NCBI GenBank assembly: GCA_030390025.1
Contig: CM059449.1
Location: forward strand, 15,190,001 to 15,254,000
From: Squalus acanthias
Lineage: Eukaryota
Reading direction: 5' to 3'
DNA length: 64,000 bases
Part shown: positions 13,816-27,661 of the stretch, in pieces
Layout: each line of letters opens with the position of its first letter
How positions within the stretch are numbered: position 1 is the first letter of the stretch
Program-made: the position numbers and the translations under genes
Notes under the pieces: generated by a model
Told to the model about the DNA's origin: nothing
The model's database searches: none
Seen by the model: only the letters and a program-made list of their open reading frames with translations

Positions 13816-14005
13816 ATGATGCGGAGATGCCGGTGTTGGACTGGGGTGGACAAAATTGAGAGGTCGCACAACACCAGGTTATAGTCCAACAGTTTTATTT
13901 GAAATCACAAGCTTTCGGAGCTATCGATTTGCTCCTTCCTCCGAAAGCTTGTGATTTCAAATAAAACTGTTGGACTATAACCTGGTGTTGTGCGACCTCT
14001 CAATT
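13816..14005. mobile_element. Short Penelope fold-back (pLTR inverted repeat)
   Basis: Arms of about 65 bp in inverted orientation; flanking duplication ttgactacttatc (13803-13815, 14006-14018); absent from paralogous introns at ~1450 and ~35130. Confidence 0.85.
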
Positions 14006-17000
14006 TTGACTACTTATCTACAGCCCTACCTAAAATTGTATACAGCAACTGAATGTAATTAATATCCCCTCCATTTATTTATTTTAAAAGGTCATTCTCG
14101 GGATACGGGCGGCGCTGGCGAGGCGGGCATGTTATTGTCCATCTCTGGTTGACCCCTTGCGAAGGTGGTGGTGGGCCGCCTTCTTCTTGAACTGCTGAAG
14201 TTCAGTGTGGTGAAGGTTCTCCCGCAGTGCTGTTAGGGAGGCAGTTCTGGGATTTTGGAAGGAACAGCGATACATGTCCAAATCAGGCTGGTGTGTGACT
14301 TGGCGGGGGATTTGGAGGTGATTGTGTTCCCATGCGCCTGCTGCCCTTGACCTTCTGGGTGGTGGAGGTCGCGGTTTTGGGAGTTCCAATTGATCTAATG
14401 GAGAATTTATCTCTACGGCCGATATTACCCCTAGCAAAATCCCATATGATTGCGTGCAATTTCATTGGTAATAACATCTCCACCAATCCAAACTTACTGT
14501 GTTGACGCCGTTCCACGGTCACTGTTGTCCCGGTTCCGTCTGCTGCAGCGAATCCCACGAGCTGCACTTTGCAGAAATAGAACCCGGTATCTTCCGGTTT
14601 CAGCTGGATTATTCTAATGGACGCGTCTCCCCTCTGGATGAAATCCGCTTCACTATCCCCGAACACCCTGCCTCTGTATTCCGCTGTATTGTTGGAAACT
14701 TCATTTCCCTGTTTGTTGCCTCGGTGCCACGTGTAGCTGTCGATTCCTGTGGGACTCTCATATCTACCGAGCAGTTCCGCTGTCTGTCCTGCGGTTTTGG
14801 TGAGAGATTGCGGGCTCTGAATTACGGTAATATTTCCAACAATAACTGCTGAAAGTGGGTAAAACAGACCATTTATAAATTTACAGGGCACCTCTTTGCT
14901 TTAAAGCACGCCGTGGAAGGGCTGGTTTGAAGCAAATATTTGTTCGGAGGATTTTTGATAAGGTATTCCTGATCTTTAACTTGAGGGAATAAAAACTGAA
15001 ACACTGGCTACACTCAGCAGGCCAGGCAGCATCTGTGGAAAGAGAACCAGAGTTAACGTTTCAGCTCCATGACATTTCGTCAGAACTGAAAGGTTGGAGA
15101 TGTACCAGGTTTTAAGCAATTGCAGAGGCAGGGAAAAGGAGGAAGGGGAGGATAGAAGAAAAGGGAGGGTCTGTGATAGAGTGGAAGGCAGGAGAGATTA
15201 AATGACAAAAGGGATGATGGTGCAAGACAAAAAGAGATGGTAATAGGACAAGTAAAGAAACAAAAGATGGGTTCAGAAGGGGTGTGAATGGTTAACTTGA
15301 GGGATATTGGTGCTGGAGCTGGAGCGCCTTTGGTTTTTGGGATCACTCCATGTCAAGTATAGAATGGATCTGGTACAAAGTACCTCTGACCCGTTCCAAA
15401 TAATAAGCATTCACTTTAATTTCAGTTCTCCCGGTATGCTTTCTGTGCTGCCCGCCGCTCTCATTAACACTTTGAGCGAGGGTGTGAAATGGGCAATCTC
15501 GAATTAAACGCCTTGCCCGATGTTCTCTTCCATTTGGGTGCCATTTTAACTCTGGGTGCTAAATGGGCGAGGTCGGATCGGCTGCCTGAAATCAAAATCG
15601 GGGCAGGTGTACAACTGCGGCTGATCCGATGTCGCCATAGCTCTCCATATATCTTTCTACTTCTTTTCTTGATCTGTCTTTGCATTTCTCACTGTCTGCT
15701 TTCTGGTTCTCAGTTTCTCTCACTGGTTCTCTGTGAATTTGGGAGTGATGAAACAGGAGAATGAAAGATGTTTTATTTAAATTTGGAGAGACAGGCGTTG
15801 AGGGTCCCTGGGTTACATTCTGGGACCAGTGGGGGACACACGCAGGCTGTGCAAAGACTGGTGTCCTGTATCTCTAATTCTTTTCATTATATCTCTGTAT
15901 CTCTACAGTTTTCTTTATATCTCTATTCCTCTCTCTCTATGTGCCTATCTGTATGTCGATCTCGCTTTATATTTCTGTATCTCTCTGTACCTTTCCTTTA
16001 TAACTTTATAATTTTGTATTCCTTGAAATCTCCACATCTCTCTCTTTGAAACTCTCAGAATGTCTGTTCTCTTTTTCTCTCAGGATCCCTCTCAGGCCTA
16101 TTATTTGAGAGAGACATTTTAAACTTAAACAGAACCTGCTCCAAAGACACAAGAGATGCGGAACTAGAATGTGTGCCAACACCTTCTGCCTCATCTGGAC
16201 TGGGAACCTTGGGTTTTGTACATTCCACCATCTCCTGTCCATACAATAAACACCTTGCATCCTGTGTAGTTCAGAACAGATTAACAGATCAGGAAAAGCA
16301 TGTCCCTTGCCAGAGTGCTGCCCTGGGCTATCCATGGATTAGCAGGTCAATGGACAGGCCCCCTAGCGAGCAAAGCCAACATGTCAATGGCTAAAGGGGT
16401 GGAGTCTGCAATCTGCTCACCTGGTGGGGGCGGGTTGTGGGTGGTAAGATCCAAGTCCCAATCCTTCCTCCCTCCAGAATAAGGGACGTCTCTCAGTCTG
16501 CTGTGTGTGTGTTTGTTGTGCTGTGTGCAATTTCTCTCTGTCTCAATCTTTAACTCTTTAGATTCTCTGGTTTCTAAGCGGGGTTTACTTGTAATGTGAT
16601 GTTGTCGAGAGATTGTCTGTGTAACTGAGAGAGGGAGCCCTGGGCTCTTGCTGTGCTTTTTTTTGCTTTGTTTCTCCACCAATCTCTTTTCTCTCTCTCT
16701 TCTCCCAAGGACATATTTTATATTTGCAAAGCTGTAACAAGATGCAGAGAAAGCGTGAGAGCTTTGGGACAAGGAATACCTTGGACAAGATCTTCCTCCG
16801 CAGTGGACAATCCGAGGCCTTCACCAAAGGCTGCACCCAAATGGCCCACGTGAGTCTATGTCTGTTTATAACCCCGGGGTTTAATTTCCTCTTGGGGAGC
16901 CTGGGATTCTGGTGCCTCGGGTTAACTTGTTCCTGTTGGATTGTGCGCCTTGAGTTTCCAACAGGTTTAAAGCCTGGGGTTAAAGTAGCCCCGGCCTTGC

Positions 17001-17054
17001 AATGTGGCACAAACACGTTAACCCCTGGTGCGCGACAAAGACGCCCCCAAAGAG

Positions 17055-19532
17055 GAAATTAAAGTCCTCAACGTGTACCCGTGTTAAAATTACAGAATAA
17101 TGCTGGTGTTTTGAGCAGTGCGATTAATTTGACATTTAAATGAGTGTGCGTTGTCCATTTTAATTCATTTTACTGGTGTTCCGAGCGTGGATTTATTACT
17201 GTGTCTATTTCACTCCAGCTTTCTCTGTCTCTCTCCATCTTTCTTTGTCTCTCTCCATCTTTCTCTGTTATGTGGCTCGATGTCTAATTTTGTTTTATAC
17301 CACTCCTGTGAAGCGCCCTGGGAGGCTTTACTACATTAAAGGCACTATACAAATATAAGTTGTTGTTGTTGTTGTTATCTCAGCTTTCCCCGTCTCTCTC
17401 CAGATTTCTCTCTCTCTCTCTAGCTTTTTCTCTCTCTCTCCCGCTTTCCTCTCTCTAGCTTTTTCTCTCTCTCTTTGCAAAGCAACCGAATTTTTCCCCC
17501 TTAACATCTAATAAATGCCGCCCACAGCAATGTGATTTGTCATCATTTTAAGTGATAGACAGAAACATTTCAAAGTACATGTCAATCAAGATTAAAGCTG
17601 AGATAAAGAGAAAGAAAGAGAGAGAGAGCGCGGATGAGTGAAAGAAAAAGAGGGCCAGAGATGAGGACTTAGATAGGAACAGAAAGAGGGGGAGAGTGAA
17701 CAAAAGAGGAGAGATGCGGATGCACTGTAACATTTAATGTACGCACAGCACAAATCCTGGGCCGAACGGGTACAGAGCACAGAGTGAGAGAGGCACGGGG
17801 ATCGCCAGTGTTTGTTTTTTCATAATGAGGCAGACGGCGACTTTAATAAGTGTCCCAAAGGAATCAACAGCTTAATCCCTGTTTAAAGAATGAGTTCTGC
17901 ACTTTCTGGGGAGTGAGGGGTTGTCCGCAGGCTTGGAATACATGCCGGGGGAGGGCGGGTTACAGCGGGCGAGTGGGGGCGGGGGGACGATAGGGAAGGA
18001 GTAGGTCCCATTCCCCACTTGCTCCTTTCAGCCTGTCTGTGAGGTTGGGTGTGAGCTGTGGGTGGAATCGAGCGGTTTCACTGGGGCCTGTTCTTGGCCC
18101 CGCTCCCCTGTGTGGGTTCAGCGTTTGAGATTTTCAAACTGCAGTAATGTTTCTCTGTCTATCACCTTCTGTATCACTCACTCCAGAGTTACACACCTTT
18201 CTGTTCCTCTCCACTGTTGGTGTCTCTCTATCACTGCACAGAGAGTTACGCACCTATCTCTACCTCCCTCTGCTGGTGTCTCTCTCTCATGCCCTGGGGC
18301 CAATATTTATCCCTCAACCAACGTCACTGAAACCGATCATCTGGTTATTATCACATTGTTGTTTGTGGGAGCTTGCCGTGCACAAATTGGCTGCCACGTT
18401 TGCTGTACAGCGCTCCTGAGGTTGTGAAATTAAAGTCCTCCACGTGAACTCGTGCAAAGGCTTGTTATTGAATAATACTGGTGTTTTGGGCGATGCGATG
18501 ATTTTTTCGGTTTAATGATATGCGTGGTGGCCATTTTAATTCATTTTACTGATGTTCTGAATGTGGGGTTATTACTGTGTCTATTTCACTTCATCTTTCT
18601 CTGTGTCTCTCTCCATCTTTCTCTGTTATGTGGCTCGATGTCAAATTTTGTTTTATAACGCTCCTGTGAAGCGCCCTGGGAGGTTTTACTACATTAAAGG
18701 CACTATACAAATACAAGTTGTTGTTGATGTCTCTCTTCAGCTTTCCCCATCTCCCTCTCTAGACCTTTAACATCTAAAAAATGCACACATGGCAATGTGA
18801 TTTGTCGTCATTTTAAATGGTAGACAGAAACATTTCAGAGAACATTTCAATCAAGATTAAAGCTGAGATAGAGAGAAAGAGAGAGAGGAGAGAGAAAGAT
18901 AGCAGATGAGTGAAAGAAAGAGAAAGAGGGACAGAGATGGGGACCTAGAAAGGAACAGAGAGAGAGGGGGAGAGATCATGAAAGAGAGAGAGAGAGAGGG
19001 GGGAGAGAGAGAGATTTTGCTTTATAACAATCCTGTGAAGTGCCCTGAGAGGTTTTACTTTGTTAAAGGCATTATATAAATACAAGTTGTTGTCTCTCTC
19101 CATCTTTCTCTGTCTCCCTCTCGAAACCTTTAACATAGAAAACATGCCACACACAGCAATGTATTTTGTCTTTATTTTAAATGGTAGAGAGAGACATTTC
19201 AATCAAGATTAAAGCTGAGATAGAGAGAAAGAAACAGAGAGAGAGAGAGAGAGAGAGAGCAGATGAGTGAAAGAAGGAAAAGAGGGACAGAGATGGGAAC
19301 CTAGATAGGAACAGAGAGAGGCGGAGAGAGAACAAAAGAGGTAGAGATGGGGAGAGAGAGATTGGGACAGAGAGAGAGAGAGGGACATAGATGGAGGTGA
19401 CTGCTAAATGCCAGAAGTGGAAGATGCACTGTAACATTTATTATATGCACAGCACCAATCCTGGCCCGAGCGGGTACGCGGCACTGAGAGGGAGAGGCAC
19501 GGGGATCACCAGTGTTTGTGTGTTTACAATGA
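17055..19532. repeat. Local degenerate tandem duplication (about 17055-17830 vs 18427-19532) with CT/GA microsatellites and L2-like tails
   Basis: Shared blocks gaaattaaagtcctc.., ctctgttatgtggctcgatgtc.., caatcaagattaaagctgagata.., gcacggggatc.ccagtgtttg. Confidence 0.7.
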
Positions 19533-21497
19533 TGTGGAGATGCCGGCGTTGGACTGGGGTGGACAAAAATGAGAAGTCGCACAACACCAGGTTATAGTCC
19601 AACAGATTTATTTAATTTTACAAGCTTTCGGAGCAGTTCGCTCCTTCGTCAGGTAAGTTTAGCAGTGAGAGAATCTCCCAGAATTCACAATTTAAACACA
19701 GACAAAATATATTCAAATCTTTCCTTACATCAAAGCGCATAGCCAAGACAATGAGATGTGTCCCAGGGGGTCCAACGTGTCAAACCACCTGCTGGCTGCA
19801 TATCCTGTCAATCTGTGTAGGTTCTTGTGTTAGCCTTTTTTAAAAAAAAACACCTGGGAAGACCGGCCATGATGTCAAGTCACGTTCTGTATCGTGACAT
19901 GAACCCGATATCGCGATTGAGGCCATCCTCATGAGTGCGGAACTTGGCTATCAGTTTCTGCTCTATGATTTTGCGCTGTCGTGTATCTCGAAGGCCGCCT
20001 TGGAGAACGCTTACCCGCATATCCGAGGCTGAATGCCCCTGGCTGCTGAAGTGTTCCCCGACTGGGAGGCAACCCTCCTGCCTGGCGATTGTTGCGCGGT
20101 GTCCGTTCATACGTTGTCTCAGTGTCTGCATGGTCTCGCCGATGTACCATGCTCTGGAGCATCCTTTACTGCAACGTATCAGGTAGACAACGTTGGCCGA
20201 GTCACATGAGTATGTACCGTGTACCTGGTGGGTAGTGTCCTCACGTGTGATGATGGTATCTGTGTCCATGATTTGGCATGTCTTGCAGAGGTTGCCGTGG
20301 CAGGGTTGTGTGGTGTCTTGGTTGCTGTTCGCCTGAAAGATGGGTAATCTGCTGCGAACGATGGTACTTTTGAGGTTAGGCGGCTGCTTGAAGGCGAGTA
20401 GTGGAGGCGTGGGGATGGCCTTAGCAAGGTGTTCGTCGTCATCGATGACATGTTGAAGGCTGCGAAGAACATGGCGTAGTTTTTCTTCTCCGCGGAAGTA
20501 CTGGACGACGTAGGGTACTCTGTTGGGACACAACCAACAGAGTACCCTACGTCGTCCAGTACTTCCCCGGAGCGGAAAAACTACGCCATGTTCTTCGCAG
20601 CCTTCAACATGTCATCGATGACGACGAACACCTTGCTAAGGCCATCCCCACGCCTCCACTACTCGCCTTCAAGCAGCCGCCTAACCTCAAAAGTACCATC
20701 GTTCGCAGCAGATTACCCATCTTTCAGGCGAACAGCAACCAAGACACCACACAACCCTGCCACGGCAACCTCTGCAAGACATGCCAAATCATGGACACAG
20801 ATACCATCATCACACGTGAGGACACTACCCACCAGGTACACGGTACATACTCATGTGACTCGGCCAACGTTGTCTACCTGATACGTTGCAGTAAAGGATG
20901 CTCCAGAGCATGGTACATCGGCGAGACCATGCAGACACTGAGACAACGTATGAACGGACACTGCGCAACAATCGCCAGGCAGGAGGGTTGCCTCCCAGTC
21001 GGGGAACACTTCAGCAGCCAGGGGCATTCAGCCTCGGATATGCGGGTAAGCGTTCTCCAAGGCGGCCTTCGAGATACACGACAATGCAAAATCATAGAGC
21101 AGAAACTGATAGCCAAGTTCCGCACTCATGAGGATGGCCTCAATCGCGATATCGGGTTCATGTCACGATACAGAACGTGACTTGACATCATGGCCGGTCT
21201 TCCCAGGTGTTTTTTTTTAAAAAAGGCTAACACAAGAACCTACACAGATTGACAGGATATGCAGCCAGCAGGTGGTTTGACACGTTGGACCCCCTGGGAC
21301 ACATCTCATTGTCTTGGCTATGCTCTTTGATGTAAGGAAAGATTTGAATATATTTTGTCTGTGTTTAAATTGTGAATTCTGGGAGATTCTCTCACTGCTA
21401 AACTTACCTGACGAAGGAGCGAACTGCTCCGAAAGCTTGTAAAATTAAATAAATCTGTTGGACTATAACCTGGTGTTGTGCGACTTCTCATTTTTGT
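19533..21497. mobile_element. Penelope-like element as a ~1.93-kb near-perfect palindrome with two opposed GIY-YIG ORFs
   Basis: Arms 19563-20526 and 20534-21497, 7-bp spacer gacacaa; mirrored ORFs 19880-20533(-) and 20791-21180(+); flanking duplication tgtttacaatga. Confidence 0.93.
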
Positions 21498-22294
21498 TTA
21501 CAATGAGGCAGAAACGGATTGGGAGACAGGCAGAGAGAAAGAAACGGTGAGGCAGAAAGATGCAGCTGGAATAATGGAGAGAGAGAGACGCAGAAGGAGA
21601 GTAGCAGAAGGAGAGACAGAGGAACAGAGGGAGAGAGTAACAGTGGGAGAGACAAAGGGAGAGAGAGACACACAGAAACAGAGGGAGAGAGAGAGAGAGA
21701 GAGAGAGACAACAAGAGCAACAACCATTTATACAGCGCCTTTAACGTGGTAAAACCTCCCAGGGCACTTCACAAGACCTTGAACAAAAAAAATTGACACC
21801 GAGTCACATAAGGAGATGTTAGGACAGATGACCAAAAGCTTAATCAGAGGTAGGTTTGAAGCAGCGTCTTAAAGAAAGAAGGAGTTGACTGGGTTAAACA
21901 CACAGGGAGAGACACAGACTTTGGGGGTCTCCAGTGTGTAGTCACTGCCCCGCTCCCAGCATCTGCAGAAAAGCCCCTCTGTCACAGCCTTCCAGAATGT
22001 AGGGATTAAACCTAAATCCTGGAACGCCGAGTTTAAAAAGTGTCCCAAAGGAATCAGCAACTTAATCCTAGTTTGTGGGAGCTTGCTGTGTACTAATTGG
22101 CTGCCGCTTTTCCTACATTACAACAGCGACTACATTACAACAATGAGTTCATTGTCTGTAAAGCGCTCATGAGGTTGTGAAATTAAAGTCCTCAACATGA
22201 CCCGTCGAAAGGCTTTTAATAATTACAGAGTTTGTGTTTGTCTGGACATGAATTAAACCAAATTAAAGAGGGTCGTGAGTTGAAGCCACGCCAG

Positions 22295-23845
22295 GTAAGT
22301 GAGTCACACAACGGTTTAAAGAGAGTTTCACCAGCAGGGGGGAATGAGATTCACAGGGCGGGGGAGGGGTGATTATACATGGACGGAGATATATGGGGGT
22401 ATTATACAGGGAGGCTGTGGAGTTTCACCAATGGGGAGAGAAGGAGTTTCACAGAGGGAGAGATATACAGGGCGAAGTGTACAGGGAGATGGGGTGAATT
22501 ATACAGGGGCAGTTATGCAGGGGCAGTTATACAGAGGAAGCTATTATAGGGGTGTAGCATACGGGTGGATTATACAGGTGGGGGGAGGGGGACGAGATTA
22601 TAGTGGGGGTGACAAGGGGGAATTTTACTGGGGTGGAGGAGATAAGCGGGGTAATTATTTGAGGCTATTCTATGGGTGGGTGGAACTCACAGGGGGATTA
22701 AACGGGGCATTTCAAAGCGGGGGAAATTATACACGGAGATTAAACGGGGAGTTTCAGTGGGGAATTATAAGGGGGGAGCTTCACGAGAGTGCGTATTATA
22801 CAGGGGTATAATACGGGGGCGTGTTTAATTGGCTGTATTATACCGGGGGGGCAGGGGTGGAAGATTTCCAAGGGTATAGTATACAGGGGCAGGGGGGCGT
22901 TCACAGAGGGCAGCTTCACCAGGGGTATTATAAGGGGGGCGGGTGGGGGACAAGAGTTTCACAGGGTTATTGTATACGGGGGAGGAATTTCACTGGGGCA
23001 TTATACAGACCGCAGGATACGGGGGGAGGGAGATATACAGGGGGTGGGAATTAGACAGCGGAGGGGAGGAATTAACAGGGGCAATAAAAGGGGCAGTTCA
23101 CAGGGCTGGAGTTAGGAATAAATAGCCGGGGAGCGGGGAAATAAACAGTGTTTTGTGCTTATTGCAGAGGGGCAGACATTTTGTGCTTGGTGGGGGGGCG
23201 GGGGGGGGGGTGGTAGGGGACAGCCATTTTTGTTTGTTGCGGGGTTGAGGGTGGCCATTATCTGCTTGGTGCGGGGTGCAGCCATTTTGTGGTTAGTGTG
23301 GTTGGAGTATTTTACAGAGTTGTGTAAGTGAGTCACACAAGGAGCAAAATACATTTTCACCAGCAGGGGGAGGGTGATTCACAGGGCGGTGGTGGGGGGG
23401 GGGGGGGGGTTTGCGGTTATACATGGATGGAGATATATGGGGGTATTATGCAGGGGGGTTGTGGAGTTTCAGCAAGGGTGGGAAGGAGTGGGAGAGATAT
23501 ACAGGGAGATGGGGTGAATTATACAGGGCCAGTTATACAGGGGGAGCACACGGCTGGAATATATTCAGGGGAGGGGGAGGAGATAAGCGAGGAGAATTAT
23601 ACAAGTGGGTGGAATTCAAAGATGGATTAAACGGGGCAGTTCAAAGCGAGGGAAATTATAGGTGGAGATTAAACAAGGAGTTTCATGCGGGGAAGCTGCA
23701 CGAGTGGTTGTAGTATGCAGGGGTATTATACGAGGGGCGGAGGTGGGGGAGTTTAATGGGGTGTAGTATACCAAGGGGCAGGGAGTGGAAGACTCACAGG
23801 GGTGTAGTATACAGGGGGGTGTCATAGGGGTATCGTATACAGGGG
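22295..23845 (+). repeat. G-rich degenerate minisatellite (tatacagggg-type units) with an internal duplication
   Basis: Strong G skew, recurrent (t)atac(a/g)ggg motifs; block 22295-22890 recurs at 23324-23840. Confidence 0.75.
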
Positions 23846-24284
23846 AGTTAACGTTTCAGGTCGATGCCTTTTCGTGAGAACTGGAAAAAGTTGGAGATGG
23901 AACAGATTTTTAAGCAAGTATAGGGGCGGGGAAAGGGGGGAGGGGAGGAAAGAACAAATGGGAAGGTCTGTGATAGGATGGAAGGCAGGAGAGATTAAGA
24001 GACAGAAGGGATGATGTTGCAAGGCAAAAGGAGATGGTAATGGGAAAAGTTAGGAAACAAAAGATGACTCTAGATGAAGTGTAAATATCCATGGCAGAAT
24101 GATCGACCACCCCACCGTTTTCTTGCATTATCTATCACTTTAAGCAAGCGCCACCATACTGACTATATTATTGTTTCTGTTTCTAACAGGAGCTGGAGTC
24201 GAGCCTATCTGCCAGTTCCCCACACTCAGCGTTGGATTACAAGTAACATTTTCAGTTTGTGCAGGATCTTTAATGTTACAGCAC

Positions 24285-24770
24285 ATGTGCAGCAAGTCCC
24301 GTTCGCTCATCTCCCCTGTGCTCGCTGACCTACATTGGATCCCGCTTAAGCAACGCCTCGATTTCAAAATTCTCATCCCTATTTTCAAATCCCTCCGTGG
24401 CCTCGCCCGTACCTATTGCTGTAATCTCCTTCAGTCCCACAACCCCCCGAGATATCTGCGCTCCTCTAATTCTGCCCTCTTGAGCATCCCTGATTATAAT
24501 CCTCAACCATTGGTGGCCGTGCCTTCTGTTGCCTGGGCCCTAAGATTTGGAATTCTCTGCCTAAACCTCTCTGCCTCGATTACTTCTCTTTCCTCCTTTA
24601 AGAGGCTCCTTAAACCCACCTCTTGGACCAAGCATATGGTCACCTGCCGTAATTTCTCCCTATATGGGTCGGTGTACATTTCTGTTGACTTACAATACTC
24701 CTGTGAAGCACCATGGGGCGTTTTACTACGTTAAAGGCGCTATATAAATACAAGTTGTTGTTGCTGTTGA
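24285..24770 (+). mobile_element. L2 LINE 3' fragment
   Basis: ISPVLADLHWIPLKQRLDFKILIPIFKSLRGLA, typical of the L2 ORF2 C-terminus; tail aaaggcgctatataaatacaag(ttg)n. Confidence 0.8.
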
Positions 24771-26367
24771 ATCCTTTAACTTTCATTATAGAAGCAGTCT
24801 TGTGCTGGTCAGGAGTCTTGATTACTCATCCTGTGACTGTAAAGAAGATCCACTTCCACTGCCTAAGGGAGAACTATCTGCTGGTAAATTACAATTGTCC
24901 AAGTCTCGAGAACAGGTCCTTGGCTGCTTATGTGGTAGAATTCAACTGAATTTACAAAAGCGACATTCTGATAACGTATTACTACAACGTGATATTTTAT
25001 GCTATTATAAATGTCTTCTGGGACAGCTTTTGTTTATATTGCTAATTATTATGAAAGGTTTTGCTGTCTTTAATTCAATAGTGCTCGCCATGGGACTAAC
25101 CTCCATACTTGCTTGCAATGCCTTTAACTGAATGCTGTACACGATCTATTCAAAATGCATGGATGCTTACGATGTGCCTTTTTATTGTCCCCTTTATGCG
25201 AGACTTTCTAATATAATGTGACGTATTTACACCATGTATGAAAGGGCTCTTAGAATTTTGTTCCCCGATTAAAGCGAATGCTTTCTTTCTCGTGTTTAAT
25301 CCAAATTGGTCATTACTTACTGGGATCAGTAGAAATCCCATCCTCAGCTTGTCAGCAACAACTTTCGTGCACCCCAGTGCGTCTTGTAAGGGATTCTAAA
25401 ACTAGCCATCATTGCTTAAAAATTAGAGTCAGACCTTTCGGGAGTGAAATTAGGAAATACTTCTACACACAAAGGTTGGTACAAGTTTGGAATTCTCTTC
25501 TACAAACGGCAATTGATGCTAGATCAATTGTTAATTTTAGAACCGGGATTGATAGATTTCTGTTAACTAAAGGTATTAAGGGGTATGAGCCAAAGGTGGG
25601 AAAAGCGAGAATGGCCGGTGAGAGAGAGAGAGCGGGAGAGAGCGGGGAAAAGTGAGGCTATGATTGGTGGATCAGCGAGTGCCAGAGTAGATTGCATGTG
25701 AAACTCAACAGCACGTGACAAGAAAGGGGAGGAGCCTGGAAAAGAACGGAGAGCCCCGGGAAAGACCGGCTTTAGAAAGTTAGAGTGCTGCAAATTCATC
25801 AGTCGAGGTTTGGGGGTTGGGTGGGTGGAGAGTTGGTGGTGGGTGCGGGGCGCTCGGGAAAATCCCCCATTAGCCACTCGGCCTCTGAGGGGAAGTTTAC
25901 GGGCCGGATGAAACTGGTGTAAAGGGGAATGTGGGAGTATAAATACACACGAATACCACCAATAGCAATTTCCAGGCCTAAAGTGACCGTAATGTGCCTG
26001 ATGCCACTGCTTCTGATCTGTGATGTGCACCTACATCTGCACTCAGATTGTGCAGCTAAAGGTATCCCATTCATTAAGTTATTCACATATACAGATAGGC
26101 ACATGCACGATGCGCCGAACGTCCTTCTTCTGTACTGTATCATTGAATAGGAGGAACTAAAGAATGATGGAGGTGTTGATATCCAGGTGTCCAACTCAGT
26201 TCCTTTCAGGCGTTGTGCAGGACAGGTTCAAAGAGAGCAAGTGCAGCCATTTGCACAAAAATTTGAAATCCGCTCTCATTTCCTTGGCCCAGGGCTGAAA
26301 CCAGTCACAGATGAAAGACAGCTCTTTCTACTGGTTGTGAGGGCCCCGTGAAAAATACTGAACATAA

Positions 26368-26997
26368 TAAGAAATAGGAGCAGGAGTAGGACATTTGGTT
26401 CTTCGAGCCAGCTCCGCCATTCAATAAGATCATGGCTGATCTTCCACCTCATCTCCATTTTCCTGCACTATCCCCATATCCCTTGATTCCTTTAATATTC
26501 AAAAATCTATCGAACTCTGTCTTGAATATACTCAACGACTGAGCCTACACGGCCCTCTGGGGTAGAGAATGTCAAAGATTCAACACCCTCTGAGTGAAGA
26601 AATTTCTCCTCATCTCAGTCCTAAATGGCCCACCCCTTATTCTGAGACTGTGATCCCTGATTCTAGACTCCCCAGCCTGGGGAAACATCCTCCCTGCATC
26701 TACCCTGTCAATTCCTGTAAGAATTTTGAATGTCTCAATGAGATCTCCTCTCATTCTTCTCAACTCTGGAGAAGATAGGACTTGTCTACTCAACCTGTCC
26801 TGATAGGACAATCTCCCCATCCCAGGAACCAGTCTGGTGAACCTTGGTTACACTCCTTCTATGGGAAGTATATCCTTCCTTAGGTAAGGAGACCAAGCCG
26901 AACACAATACTCCAGGTGTGGTCTCATCAGGGCCCTATAAAATTGCAGGAAGGCATCTTTACTCTTATACTCAAATCCTCTTGTAATAAAGGCCAAC
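26368..26997 (-). mobile_element. CR1 LINE 3' fragment
   Basis: RRMRGDLIETFKILTGIDRVD..MRRNFFTQRV. Confidence 0.85.
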
Positions 26998-27661
26998 AGT
27001 AAATTCCCAGTTCCTAACGGATGTGGTTCCACAGCACAAATCTTCACCATTGATTGTCACATAAGTGGAAATTTCAACCAATCGGTAAAGCCCTTAGTTC
27101 TGGGGCAGAAGTTTGCGGCTCAAGCCCCACTCCAGGAGTTGAGCACGTAAAGTAGGCGAATGTCCAGTGCAACACTGAGGGTGCCTGGGAGTTAAGCCTG
27201 GGAGGAGCAAAAGGGAACGTTTGGCTGGGAACTTTGCACTGCAGTAACGGAAGGCGCTGGATTCTCCTTTCATCAAAATCAATGGAAGGAAATTCCAGCG
27301 TTGGAACCTTCCCATGAGATTTTCCTCCATGCTGTGCCCCGGCGATGCTGAACGCCTAGACAGTGAAGACAAAAAATCTACCCGCATCAGTCGGAAAGTA
27401 GTTAGGTGTGCCGAGCTTTAAGATGTCCTGCCAAGTAAACGTTTCTCGGGGAGGAGTTTCGGCCGGTCTCCTGCCGTGACATCGCCGGAACTTCGGCAGA
27501 ACCCCCGGTTTAGCTGTTACGCGCTTCTGCTGAGTACCGCCGATCTTCCGCCAACGTTACCACAGAAGAGCGGGAGAACCCCGCATAAGTTATCCCCCTG
27601 CCTTGAGTTTAACATAAAACATTCATTTTAATAAAAGGTACAACGGAAAATCAACAGAGCA

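Larger units (their letters stand above)
10457..14848 (-). pseudogene. Copy B NKp30-like gene: V 14498-14848, TM 12617-12748, cytoplasmic exons 12284-12305, 12139-12173, 10566-10606, short terminal exon 10457-10495
   Basis: Splice sites intact, but the B-strand Cys is Gly (AELLGRY) and there is an in-frame TGA in the 41-nt tail exon. No leader exon (homology ends ~15636) and no ITIM exon (homology ends ~10025 at the CR1). Confidence 0.72.

Noticed and set aside
16110-17040. Possible LTR-like insertion ending ..gcgcgaca
   Set aside because: Could not define a TG start, TSD or second copy.
22344-23125. Gly-rich ORFs resembling keratin-associated or structural proteins
   Set aside because: Products of the G-rich repeat, open in several frames, with no splice or domain support.
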